Positions 31,001 to 39,028 of a stretch of DNA of 64,000 bases are shown here, in pieces (positions within the stretch are counted from its first letter, which is position 1; each line of letters opens with the position of its first letter). Position numbers and translations under genes: made by a program. The notes beneath the pieces were generated by a model. That model was given only the letters and a program-made list of their open reading frames with translations. It did not search any database and had not been told where the DNA came from. Origin of the DNA: a virus (Duplodnaviria > Caudoviricetes); the IMG/VR virus record IMGVR_UViG_3300037808_002146. One strand, given 5' to 3'.

Positions 31001-34000
31001 CGTAGCTTGTTTTAAAGTCATTGCTGCGTTGCCACCTACAATTTGAAAACCCGCAGATAAGGTTGCGCTAGATGGATCGTCTTCGAACGATATAGGATCG
31101 GAACCATAACTAAAACCAACCGGTGTATTGACAAAGCCGTAAGTTTTGTTTATTTCGTTGTTACCAAAAACAGTTAGCTCATCACCGGGGGAAGGGTTTT
31201 GAGAAAACTTTAAACTAAAAGTAGATCTAACATGACCAGGAATTCTAAATCCATTGATGCCATTATGGATTCGAGTATTACCCGCAGCACCTAGCACTGC
31301 TTGCGTTAACTTCAAACTTACATGCGAATCGTCCAAGATATCGACATGGCCACAATAGAGAAGCATAGCAGAGCTCACTGTAACAGTATCTAGTAAAGTT
31401 GTGTACCTTTTGGCATTTGAGTTATTGCGAGTGACAGTTACAACGTCGCCATGACCGGAGGGACCGGTTCCGGATATGGAGCTTACATTAACCGAAATAT
31501 AGTGGCTTTTGTTGGGTGATCCATTGATTTCAAAATAAAAATAAAGTATATCAGATGAAGCGTAGGCTTTATCAAACCCTTTAGAAACCTTTATTTTAAA
31601 ATTACCGGTTATTGGAATTGTAACTAATGGTGAGTCGTTCGTTTGGAGGAAAGTGACTGTTCCCCAAGATTCGAGTAAATCAGGCAAAACGTTTGAGCAT
31701 ATTATCTTTCCGGCGTGGGCTGTTGCTATTGCGGCTTTTAGTTTCATCAATAAGCTTTTAAAGTTATCAGCTAATTCGAGAGGGCCAATTGCATATGCAC
31801 CGTCTTTTGCAACTTGTTCTGATCTCCTATAAAGTGGAGCGTTTGGGCCAATCCACTGATTGTTCATTGAAGTAGTTAAAGCTACTCCAGCGCTTTTTGA
31901 GTCGGCGCCGGTAAGAGTGTGCATCACATAATCAATCTCAGTGCCATCAGTTGATGTAATTCTAATGCTTTGGTTTGCTCGAAGACTAGGGGTAGTAAAG
32001 TGACTATCATTATAATTGCTACCGCTTACATGGGTTATCTCAGTAAATGCTGCTGAGGTAGTATTTTTCCTGTGCAAAGAAAACCCATATGTACCGCCAA
32101 AGGCAATAGGAGCAGATTTTTGAAAAATAGATACCGCGTCTTTTATAGCATCATCTCGAGACTGACCGGCTCCCGCTGCATCTCTTTTAGTCTCTATCTT
32201 TCCGGAAAACGTCGGTGATATAGATTCCCACTTTTTACTAGCGAAGTCAAAGTAGCCTATTGGATTATAGTTACCAGCAGCAAAACCTGATGTTAGAGTA
32301 TTGCCGGAGCCTGTTGTGAATCCCAACGTGGTCTTGGAGACTGGATTAATATCTATTTCTATCCTAACCCTGTCCCTAGTGGCTGATGCGAAAGAGCCGG
32401 CGGATCCAGAAAGATAAGATCCCATAGAGAAGAAATTGTCTTCGATATCATTTTTTCCATCGTCTAAAAATGGAGAAGAAACCAAAGAGCTCTTTTTAAC
32501 TACTAAGGACTCTCGAGAACGTTCGGAAATCTCTGGATTTCTAGTCGTGTTGTATCCTACGGTTTCAAAAACAGACTCGGAAGAAACACCTTGACCAGAG
32601 ATAATTGTTCTAGAAGGGATTATGTTTTTATCATCAACTGTTAACGTAACGACGTCATTTGAAAAACTAACCGTTATTGGCAAGTTATCGAAAACTACTG
32701 CATCGTTGATAGAATTAGCTAAAGACATAGCTAATTGGTTACTAGACGTAACTTCCTTAACTCCAATATTGTATTTGTTGGAATTAGAAGGATTTAAAAG
32801 AGAATCTACTCTAGCACAATATTTTTTGCCGCCAATGCTAAATTCAATCGCAGGTCTAAGAGGGATTTCGGTATCCTTTCGACCTCTTGACAAAAATTGC
32901 ACATTAACTAGTCTACGGATTAACCCACCGCGGGGAGGAAAGAAGCGATTAGACAAATTGTCTTCTACATAATCTCTAGTTACGGAAGAAGCTTCGACTA
33001 ATTCATTAAGTTTACTAACGTCGCACTTAATCGTCGCTTTTATTGTATCTTGCGTAAAACCAGCGATTATAGAATCTTTTCTTGGAGTTAAAGAAAAATC
33101 ATCGAAGCTTGAATCACCAAATGCTTGACTAGATAAAGTGTTATCCAAAATTGTAATATTAGAAGCTGGAGAACTAGATACTAAGGCTAGTGAAGTAGAA
33201 GCTGGGATAATTTGACAAAATGTAGAACTAGTTCCAAACTCTTTATTTCCTGCAGGATTTTCTAAAATTATCAAATCTTTTCCAGAATCTGGAACAAGCA
33301 GCATGCTAGCTCGAGTTAAGTCACCATTATAGTTTCCTTGGTCTATTGCTGTTATTCCAAATCCAGATACTGCGTTAATCTTTGCAACAAATTCGTCAAC
33401 TGCGTCTGTCACGGAGCGATTTGTAGTAATACCGATTTTGTCAGCATCAGCGTGATCGTCAGCAGCTGCTGTAGCTGTGTAGTTTACCGTAGTTGTCCCA
33501 TTAGCTATTTGCAGAACGCTTGAAGCGGCTACATTACTTGGATCAAATGTGTTATTGAAAATAACAATCTTTGCGCTAGAATTATATTCTGGTGTACTTG
33601 AACCTGCATCTAACATTTCTATTCTAATAGTATCGAAAGCAACCCTAGAAGCTTTTACTGGTATTCCGGAATAGCGGTTAGTCGCATTGATGAAAGTTTT
33701 AATCCTATCTACCTTAGAGGTTATGGTAGAAGCTCCAGAAAGACCGCATTTAAATCTAGTTAACGAAGCTAGCGGGGCAGAGATATGATTAGCATCTTTA
33801 ATAGGACTGGTGAGGCTATCTAACGAAAAGCCATCAGCAACTGTAGAACTGGTATCAAATATTACCTGAAAATCTTTGCCATTCGGGAGTCTTAAACTAA
33901 ATCCCGAATTATCTGCTGGACTATTTGTAAATTTGAAAGATATAGATCCTGTGGTACCCGCATCTAGATTTGATGGGAAAACAACATCTTTAGAACTATA

Positions 34001-37000
34001 AGCCTGAGTAGTACTCGAATCTTCCTTAAAAGGCTTGAAGTTAGCTTCTAGGTTTTTAGATTCTTGATATTTTTCTTGTAGCAATTTTTTCGGTAATTGA
34101 TTTCTAAATCCCGACTTGCTTCTAAGCGTCAAGTGAGATTCGGCAATTTTAGCCATTTCAGTTATTACTAACTGGCTACTAAGAATACTCAGCTCAGCAA
34201 TATTAAAATTGTTATAAAAACTCGCAGAATCAGCTGGGTTAGTTCCAGGATCACTATTCCCGTAGTTTGTTGCTAGGCCTGTAGATGTATTTCCATAACC
34301 GATGAACAATCTAGGTGAACCACCTAATGTCAATTTCGCAGATTGATCACCAGAAGGAGCCGAATTGTTTATCGAGAATGATGTTGAACTTAATAAACCA
34401 CCATGATTTTCGGAATCGTAAAGGGCAAACATATTTTTAGAGTTTGCGACATTAAAAGTTGACTCATCAAATGTAATAAATAGGGTATACCATTTGTCTT
34501 TTGCTAATGCACTTCGATCAATAGTTGCTTTCCAGTAGTCACCAGCTGCACTAGAACCGTTAGGGCGAATCCTGAATTCCAAATTTCCATCAATAGAGAG
34601 TAATTGCCATCTGCTTGACGTGGTTCCAGAAACTGTGAATATGGTACCCGTACCTGAACTTGAGTTATTATAAACCCTAGTTATAATAGTTTTCTTCCCA
34701 AGTGACACTAAACCTTTAGAGTTTCTTGTCATAGCACCAGCGTTTACATGTCCACGTGAGAATGGCATAATAGTTAAAGTTGGTACTTTGGTAGTAAGAT
34801 CGATTGACCCTGATTTAAAAGTAATTATTCCTTTGCCCGTATTTGTATTGGGATAAACTGAGTCTGAGTTTCTCAACCTAAGAATAGTTTTGCTTTCTTT
34901 TAAGGTTGAATTTCTAAATTTTTTCTCTAAAGTTGGACCAACGATAGAAGAACCTATTACTTGCTTTCCAGAAACAATATGACCTGCTGCTTGCGGGTGG
35001 GATATCGCGGTTTTAAAGTTATCAAAAAAGTCAACGAAGTTTGAATTATTAGTATACCTTACGACTACATTGTTTATCCGAGGATCTCCAGGGCCAACTA
35101 TACCGACACCATCAAAAGAATTTTCTAATATTTTTTGTCCTGTAGCTGGTACATTATATTGCGGAGTTGGAAAAGAATAAGAGTTAGAATTAAAACTAAT
35201 GAAAGAATCAGATATTGCAGTGCCGGTAGCAGTTATTGCGCCTGCTTTCTCAGAACCATCATGAATAGAAACGATAATAAACTTAGTCTTAAGATCATAT
35301 GCAGTCGGTATTTCGCAAAGCCCAAAAGCATTACTTAAAACAGTTACTTGCTCCGAAGTTACCGATGCTGAGAATGCAGCACCGGATGACATTGCATTTG
35401 CACCCGTTCGATTAGATGCAGGTAAATTTTCGATAACTGACTCAAGAGCGGTTGCAACAGCGCTTGAGTCAGCCGAATTTGCATAAGTTACAGCTATAGA
35501 ACCAGCTGGAGCTGCAGCTGAAGCTGTTTTTCTAAAAAATAGTCTATATGAAAACCCGGTGGTATCCGTAATTACAATCGATTTTTGATCTGACTCGGTA
35601 GCATCCGGACACTTTATAGTAAATTTTTGTTTTGGGCGGGCATCCATTCGAATATCTTCGTTTTCAACCGAATTTAAAGATATACCGGTTAGCGTTCCGG
35701 AGTTGCCAGAACTAACATTTGCGTTAATAGCAGCTTTAACTTTGTCCCTTATAGCCAATTTAGTAGATAAATTTTGAATGTTTATTATCGAATTAGTCGC
35801 AACATGGTTATCGGCTGTGCCGTCTGTTTTGAAAGTAAAATTAACAGAAATGTCGTTAAAATCTTTTACTGTCAATATTTTTCCATCAGATATTATTTTT
35901 TCTAAAAATAATGTAGTAGCTGTTTCGGAATTAGAAAACAAAGCACATTTTTTATCTCTTCTATCTTTCGAAGAATAGAGTATCAATGCAGAACTTTGAG
36001 AGTTTGATGGTTTTTCTGGATAGCTTGATGTTAGAGTGCTTACCGACTGTATTAAACTTTCGTTTTGTTCTATTTTCACCGTGGGATTTCGAAGTGATAA
36101 ATTTGGATTAGTAGCTGAAATATTAATAGTTGAGTCGTTATTAATTGCTTTAGATAAATTTATAGCGACTTCTTTGAGGCTGCTAGCACTATGGTTTCGA
36201 GTTGCAAAATATATTGCAAACACTTCAGAATCAGAGAGCAAAGAATTCCAGATTGCAACTTCGGTTATCTCTCCATTAAAAGCTCGGTCATGAGTATGCC
36301 TATTCCCTATGTAACCGGCTTCTGTAGCTATTCCGGAATAAGTTGCATGTTTAGCTTGTGATGAACCTAAATGACTTGAAGCTACGCGCTGTCCATTTAC
36401 ATATATAACCGGATCGTTATTCAAGGTATCAGACGCATCGTAAGTAACTGCTACATGAACCCACTGATTTAAACCAAATGATGATGGGCCTGTTCTCCAC
36501 TCAGCGTGAGCATTATTTAGTCTTGAGCTAAACGCTAGCTCTTCTGTACCGGTGCTGTAGAGAAAAATATCGCTTTGACCAAAATCGAATATTCTGCCTA
36601 AATTTCCGCCCCCATCTGCGGTTTTATTAATCCACGCAGAGAAAGACATTTTTTCTGTTGAACTAGCACCGGTGTTATCACCAATAGTAGCATCCCATTG
36701 CGCCGCTGTGCCGATATTTACTGAGTCTGTATCTCCTGCAAATTTGTAAGCAGTGTATTGATGATTTCCAATAGCATTCTTACTGGTAACATTTTCAAAG
36801 GCTGAAACATTTGTATATGATGGAGTTATTGCTAGCGCGCCGGTTTTCTTTATATTTTTCCCTAAATTGATGTGTAGCTGTAAATTGCTGTTAGCACGAT
36901 AAGATGCGAGAGGTCTAGAATAAAGATCATAAATTTCGCCAGCTGTTAAAATCTTATTCCAAAAGCCTAAATCAGCAAACTGACTGTATAGTCTACGTGA

Positions 37001-39028
37001 ACCGGCTGGCTTATCTCCTAAAGTCGTACGGTGGGCGTTATTAGTACCAGACACATTGATTATCGTTTTGTCTGAAGCTGGTGTCGAGCTAGCAGACGCC
37101 ATAGCAACAGGCATACCATTTATATATATAGATGCTGTCCCGTTGTATGCTGGGCCATTGTAAGTTATACAAATATGTGTCCATTGAGCGGCAGGGAATC
37201 TCTCGGCGCTGCTATTAGCAACAGTGAACACGGGTTTTTCAGTTTCTACTGTATAGGCTGTGCTACTTGAAAAGTTTCTAGTAAATTTAATCTTGCCGCT
37301 ATCAGGTATGCTTATTAGATAGTTATCTTGCTGCGATGAAAAAATAACGTGATCTTCTGTATGGCCTTGATTTTCCACTGGCTGTATCCAGCAAGAGAAT
37401 GTACTTTTGCCACCAGAAGATGCGCCGGTAAGACCGGCCCATTGGTCTGGAGTACCCAGGTATAACCTTTGGCTGGCATCTTTAGAAGTATCAAGAGCGT
37501 TTCTATACAATCCGTTTACTAATTGAGTAGTAAATGTATTCGCATCATCCGGAGCATCTTGAAACGCAAATGTTACCGAAGCTGAACCTGAGCTGACTGG
37601 AGTTGCGTTAACAAAATTGCCAACCCAAACCTTTGAAGATGTTATTATGTCTAAGCTGCCGGATGCATACGCTTTTTCGTAACTCGAGCCTGTAGTGAAG
37701 CAGTTGAATTTATTATTTAAATCGTACCCAGCATTAGGCACAAAGGTGACGCTGCCAGTGGTAAAGGTAACTGTAGCTTCGCTATCTACTTTGAAGATTT
37801 TTCTAGTTGGAGAACTTTTAAAATCAGCCAAAGAAATAGAGAAATCAGCTTTCTGTCCATCAGTTAATTTGAAAGTTCCATCAGAATTAATATAGTCTTC
37901 CAGAAATGACAAAGTTAATGAAGATTTTTTAGCTCTTTCCTGGAAGAACAGGGATGAATAATTTCTAGTAACGTCAGAAGAACCAACTTGAGGAACTGTT
38001 AAAGACAAAACAGAACCAGATATAATATTTCGACTGGCTTTTATATGGCTGCCTACAGAAATCTCCGCAACATTGGGAGAGCTTCCTTGCAAAGATAAGG
38101 ATCTAGGGTTATATCTAGTCAATATTTTAGAGCTATAATTTTCTGGCCTATAAGAAAAATAATAATTCGTAAAGAAACTCTTGTCTCCTATTTCCATCTT
38201 TCTTGATTTAAATGGAGAATTACTCACTAGAAAAGATTTAAAATCTATTGATGTATTTTCGGTATATTTTCTCCGAGTAAACGAAGTGACTGAGATGTTT
38301 GTAATATTGTTAGTTATTTCTTCATTGCCACTGAATCCACCAACAGTCTGTGTGAGAGATAATGTTTGTGGGGTATTAGCTGCAGATGGCGCCGAGCCAA
38401 CGATTATCTTCCCGTTATGCCCATTCGCATGCTCAATGGCAGCTTTTAGTAAACCAAGAAACTCAGCTTGATCGATGCCGGGAGCCAAGGGTGCTCCTAA
38501 ATTAAAACCAATTGCTATGCCTACAGCACCTAGCGTTAGCGAAGCTGTTTTGCCACTATCGAGTGTAGCTCCAGAAGTAACAATACCTAAATTAGCAACG
38601 TGGCCTGATCCCGCAGAACCATTAGCGGTATTTGAAATAAAATAATCTACAATTGTTCCATCTGTACTTGTTAACGTTATTTTTTGGCTAGCCGTCATGC
38701 CATGAATTAAAGAGCCATTAGTTACAGTTAGTATAGCTGTTGATCTAGTCGAAGCACCGATTGATTGCCTAGGAAATTCCCCGTCAGATCCGCTGGCGTT
38801 CGTCATTATTTCATTCGTTAAACCTTCGATTTTTTCAAAACGTTCGTTAAAAAATATTATGTCATTTAAGCCATCGGCTTCTAGATATCGATTTGCTAAA
38901 ACATCGTCAGTCATTCTATCAAAGACGAAATTAGCTATTACACTTTTATTAACATTTATTCGACCGCTTTTGTGCTGGACGTCTGTTAATAAATCTGGTA
39001 CAATTAATTTTTTTCTGCTATCAAACAT
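25013..39028 (-). CDS. 4671-aa giant virion (baseplate/adsorption) protein with three LamG domains, many plug-in modules and an FCCH-like barrel
   Basis: Uninterrupted 14-kb ORF. LamG motifs include FSCWIQP...WTHICITYNG...IYING...FWNKILTAGEI and FSAWINK...WVHVAVTYD...IYVNG...FNGEITEVAIWNSLLSDSEV. Confidence 0.8.
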   Translation of the reverse strand: MFDSRKKLIVPDLLTDVQHKSGRINVNKSVIANFVFDRMTDDVLANRYLEADGLNDIIFFNERFEKIEGLTNEIMTNASGSDGEFPRQSIGASTRSTAILTVTNGSLIHGMTASQKITLTSTDGTIVDYFISNTANGSAGSGHVANLGIVTSGATLDSGKTASLTLGAVGIAIGFNLGAPLAPGIDQAEFLGLLKAAIEHANGHNGKIIVGSAPSAANTPQTLSLTQTVGGFSGNEEITNNITNISVTSFTRRKYTENTSIDFKSFLVSNSPFKSRKMEIGDKSFFTNYYFSYRPENYSSKILTRYNPRSLSLQGSSPNVAEISVGSHIKASRNIISGSVLSLTVPQVGSSDVTRNYSSLFFQERAKKSSLTLSFLEDYINSDGTFKLTDGQKADFSISLADFKSSPTRKIFKVDSEATVTFTTGSVTFVPNAGYDLNNKFNCFTTGSSYEKAYASGSLDIITSSKVWVGNFVNATPVSSGSASVTFAFQDAPDDANTFTTQLVNGLYRNALDTSKDASQRLYLGTPDQWAGLTGASSGGKSTFSCWIQPVENQGHTEDHVIFSSQQDNYLISIPDSGKIKFTRNFSSSTAYTVETEKPVFTVANSSAERFPAAQWTHICITYNGPAYNGTASIYINGMPVAMASASSTPASDKTIINVSGTNNAHRTTLGDKPAGSRRLYSQFADLGFWNKILTAGEIYDLYSRPLASYRANSNLQLHINLGKNIKKTGALAITPSYTNVSAFENVTSKNAIGNHQYTAYKFAGDTDSVNIGTAAQWDATIGDNTGASSTEKMSFSAWINKTADGGGNLGRIFDFGQSDIFLYSTGTEELAFSSRLNNAHAEWRTGPSSFGLNQWVHVAVTYDASDTLNNDPVIYVNGQRVASSHLGSSQAKHATYSGIATEAGYIGNRHTHDRAFNGEITEVAIWNSLLSDSEVFAIYFATRNHSASSLKEVAINLSKAINNDSTINISATNPNLSLRNPTVKIEQNESLIQSVSTLTSSYPEKPSNSQSSALILYSSKDRRDKKCALFSNSETATTLFLEKIISDGKILTVKDFNDISVNFTFKTDGTADNHVATNSIINIQNLSTKLAIRDKVKAAINANVSSGNSGTLTGISLNSVENEDIRMDARPKQKFTIKCPDATESDQKSIVITDTTGFSYRLFFRKTASAAAPAGSIAVTYANSADSSAVATALESVIENLPASNRTGANAMSSGAAFSASVTSEQVTVLSNAFGLCEIPTAYDLKTKFIIVSIHDGSEKAGAITATGTAISDSFISFNSNSYSFPTPQYNVPATGQKILENSFDGVGIVGPGDPRINNVVVRYTNNSNFVDFFDNFKTAISHPQAAGHIVSGKQVIGSSIVGPTLEKKFRNSTLKESKTILRLRNSDSVYPNTNTGKGIITFKSGSIDLTTKVPTLTIMPFSRGHVNAGAMTRNSKGLVSLGKKTIITRVYNNSSSGTGTIFTVSGTTSSRWQLLSIDGNLEFRIRPNGSSAAGDYWKATIDRSALAKDKWYTLFITFDESTFNVANSKNMFALYDSENHGGLLSSTSFSINNSAPSGDQSAKLTLGGSPRLFIGYGNTSTGLATNYGNSDPGTNPADSASFYNNFNIAELSILSSQLVITEMAKIAESHLTLRSKSGFRNQLPKKLLQEKYQESKNLEANFKPFKEDSSTTQAYSSKDVVFPSNLDAGTTGSISFKFTNSPADNSGFSLRLPNGKDFQVIFDTSSTVADGFSLDSLTSPIKDANHISAPLASLTRFKCGLSGASTITSKVDRIKTFINATNRYSGIPVKASRVAFDTIRIEMLDAGSSTPEYNSSAKIVIFNNTFDPSNVAASSVLQIANGTTTVNYTATAAADDHADADKIGITTNRSVTDAVDEFVAKINAVSGFGITAIDQGNYNGDLTRASMLLVPDSGKDLIILENPAGNKEFGTSSTFCQIIPASTSLALVSSSPASNITILDNTLSSQAFGDSSFDDFSLTPRKDSIIAGFTQDTIKATIKCDVSKLNELVEASSVTRDYVEDNLSNRFFPPRGGLIRRLVNVQFLSRGRKDTEIPLRPAIEFSIGGKKYCARVDSLLNPSNSNKYNIGVKEVTSSNQLAMSLANSINDAVVFDNLPITVSFSNDVVTLTVDDKNIIPSRTIISGQGVSSESVFETVGYNTTRNPEISERSRESLVVKKSSLVSSPFLDDGKNDIEDNFFSMGSYLSGSAGSFASATRDRVRIEIDINPVSKTTLGFTTGSGNTLTSGFAAGNYNPIGYFDFASKKWESISPTFSGKIETKRDAAGAGQSRDDAIKDAVSIFQKSAPIAFGGTYGFSLHRKNTTSAAFTEITHVSGSNYNDSHFTTPSLRANQSIRITSTDGTEIDYVMHTLTGADSKSAGVALTTSMNNQWIGPNAPLYRRSEQVAKDGAYAIGPLELADNFKSLLMKLKAAIATAHAGKIICSNVLPDLLESWGTVTFLQTNDSPLVTIPITGNFKIKVSKGFDKAYASSDILYFYFEINGSPNKSHYISVNVSSISGTGPSGHGDVVTVTRNNSNAKRYTTLLDTVTVSSAMLLYCGHVDILDDSHVSLKLTQAVLGAAGNTRIHNGINGFRIPGHVRSTFSLKFSQNPSPGDELTVFGNNEINKTYGFVNTPVGFSYGSDPISFEDDPSSATLSAGFQIVGGNAAMTLKQATACAVNLGSGNDLGSGTKHVISLGGFDGSGNRGEIRISDKIPYGCTITIEFWATREDIIGGTFDASTSDTTDDLVLEYCSTSNFSTTVYTVNKRFEKSINNGGAYVSTTDSGAGRINGGDLPADDDNTSNTATLTKFRINVTDMPVGGSYLRVRKLVSAIAGDSIIIYNFKYTLTEGSFGSPVPIRSSLSDTIIALNTELGKNPNIQHSSPVGSDVLEFRPYGDRVAIYDHGVYTTTSNVEITESKGFSNSANDSWNGKYTSFVGGILTEENDPNKGSEYSKLHYAELPLRGRPVSNFGFPFSDTFKPTDGQKLDLSSYLDGPFLLEKFEIICSSSIRDEVQEGMGRLLPESAIDLPDSNYGQSNSNSTSFSKQKEVYDDKSAFGGYFGLYDDRFRNLEAQRIYDRYYPWTSTGVIWSALSNSSSNSYYLVGTGSAYHRLRGKSTFTKEKIKKEGAYHRVGGNVYAREGQVNDYINSTTGKTNTVEGSAWWRCDTFFLLREKQCVDTTFEAAIPKAIKSSGLETTSTVVGGKMYFGFHEDSKLIINIFGTDYQTDPANWPEIKDAATGNISWHEYITGEARDQSPLGTIASTLVITTTPKWVEIVSHAPVINPAVTSVIDGVKYEVINDAGENLNAGFNAVSTSYDVGDIITCTSTGTVSGTTNTKLREVNPKRIRIYIASSVTGTSSPILQNLGSFTEAQKRDGSIRYAIDLAWTNWTTYPVTYLIAAFIYEIIGAASAAGYLSGITMKPPAGTDATMELSINNAVSDDFDGGVLNTSASIAFNSGSRYSSHYRPAGAGGSWKLSGKIKYFTDDLGTVPVEFSNTPSGATPESLVYEGASIERPVTINGVTSGFNMTTQSCQITSTTRELISYAQVAYHGYANQNSDSVSGTGFNDGSMAHYYFVNDPAYMFYRGTDHTSAVSGSNKQTMEHPHQTRFGSFESTGSNGFNLLENGLGRELNIKIGTQAHLNPHLDLSHTTTVSGNEVRGLKFSIPKFIPSAGHATKRNVDIVGDDGLTLVVTDTDDTTATKSPTFLSQIRFENNEINEKYRQKFTHLTSSYNLHDGVLRIKAVCKSTPKLDTYFSYRLAVLDQYNNPSSQTLPKFVSVSPQGAFLGGFDHDGVGGTRALRAVTGDEPSGINFKINQMPFYLDDFDRMDPLKQSFDSTFADSISTGKNFEVGNAYVLKPSDKITLGFQTAVPGFHSGFTSFANLGGGSTPPELDDQGNLQTVNTAQVFITGVTTAKPPVVTTATYHELRDGNQIQIKDVATGNAGTALNDVYFRVRVLSNRTFELYTDGDLANPVDFTAAIYSSGGYYYPPKYVRSRAIDTGKCIETTFAPYSNSKLVLYGSYLQNSVPKRPKHKSSFSTSGVVYEVIGQEDYDKFDLSLDSEFSGSMSSEIISKTSISFGKDSNNDIDLSKIDVAFGERTNDIGGSPKKLFATGSVERYTALSAGDDVDLVYWDSLPVNITPYFKKKHKTRKIIPVKFLTSGSNKPLITNHPIDDSGVALFIGSPQQGTTTFFNDTLTTLNSSFPGSQLLTYQTATINVGTANAINLMGAKTGAKVIFSTGSNPERDGIKFEITGISGTNINVSFISSGSFIESSGITPSTVANSNPCRVMVFSEFGDSLESTTQLPISAFEDRYFTEWRKRFIFEKTTRDSDGKEVNIFGSGGFDPADSKLLFRNDKEATFGLDLPPSTMPAGFSKFSPVLNIFQSPNYGSGELLLTSGSGAPVTYDISKADQKTHLLAALANVKSKAGVFSARYDAQTKNVYIASKSYYPSLYTNCVNQVNDSPYRQAAAILFGFGKEVNNNLETINLGSLSGTSAIPFGNVDDSRTSTLKLIPRHTRQTLIHPAGVKYGMMNYDMLRPKVIFSRSKFGNFCDLIEGRKSGVFANLSSIEYSEVGPDRRVPTVEVSFYDASMALIKSGEDKLKFLFSQNLDRYQRSRVPFFDTPNPNLHESALGGRVRRKADIVNNQVSVFNSDGNDVFDDFN

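Noticed and set aside
25013-39028. Intein or homing endonuclease inflating the 4671-aa ORF
   Set aside because: I saw no intein splice motifs or LAGLIDADG/HNH/GIY-YIG signatures; the inserts look like structural beta domains.
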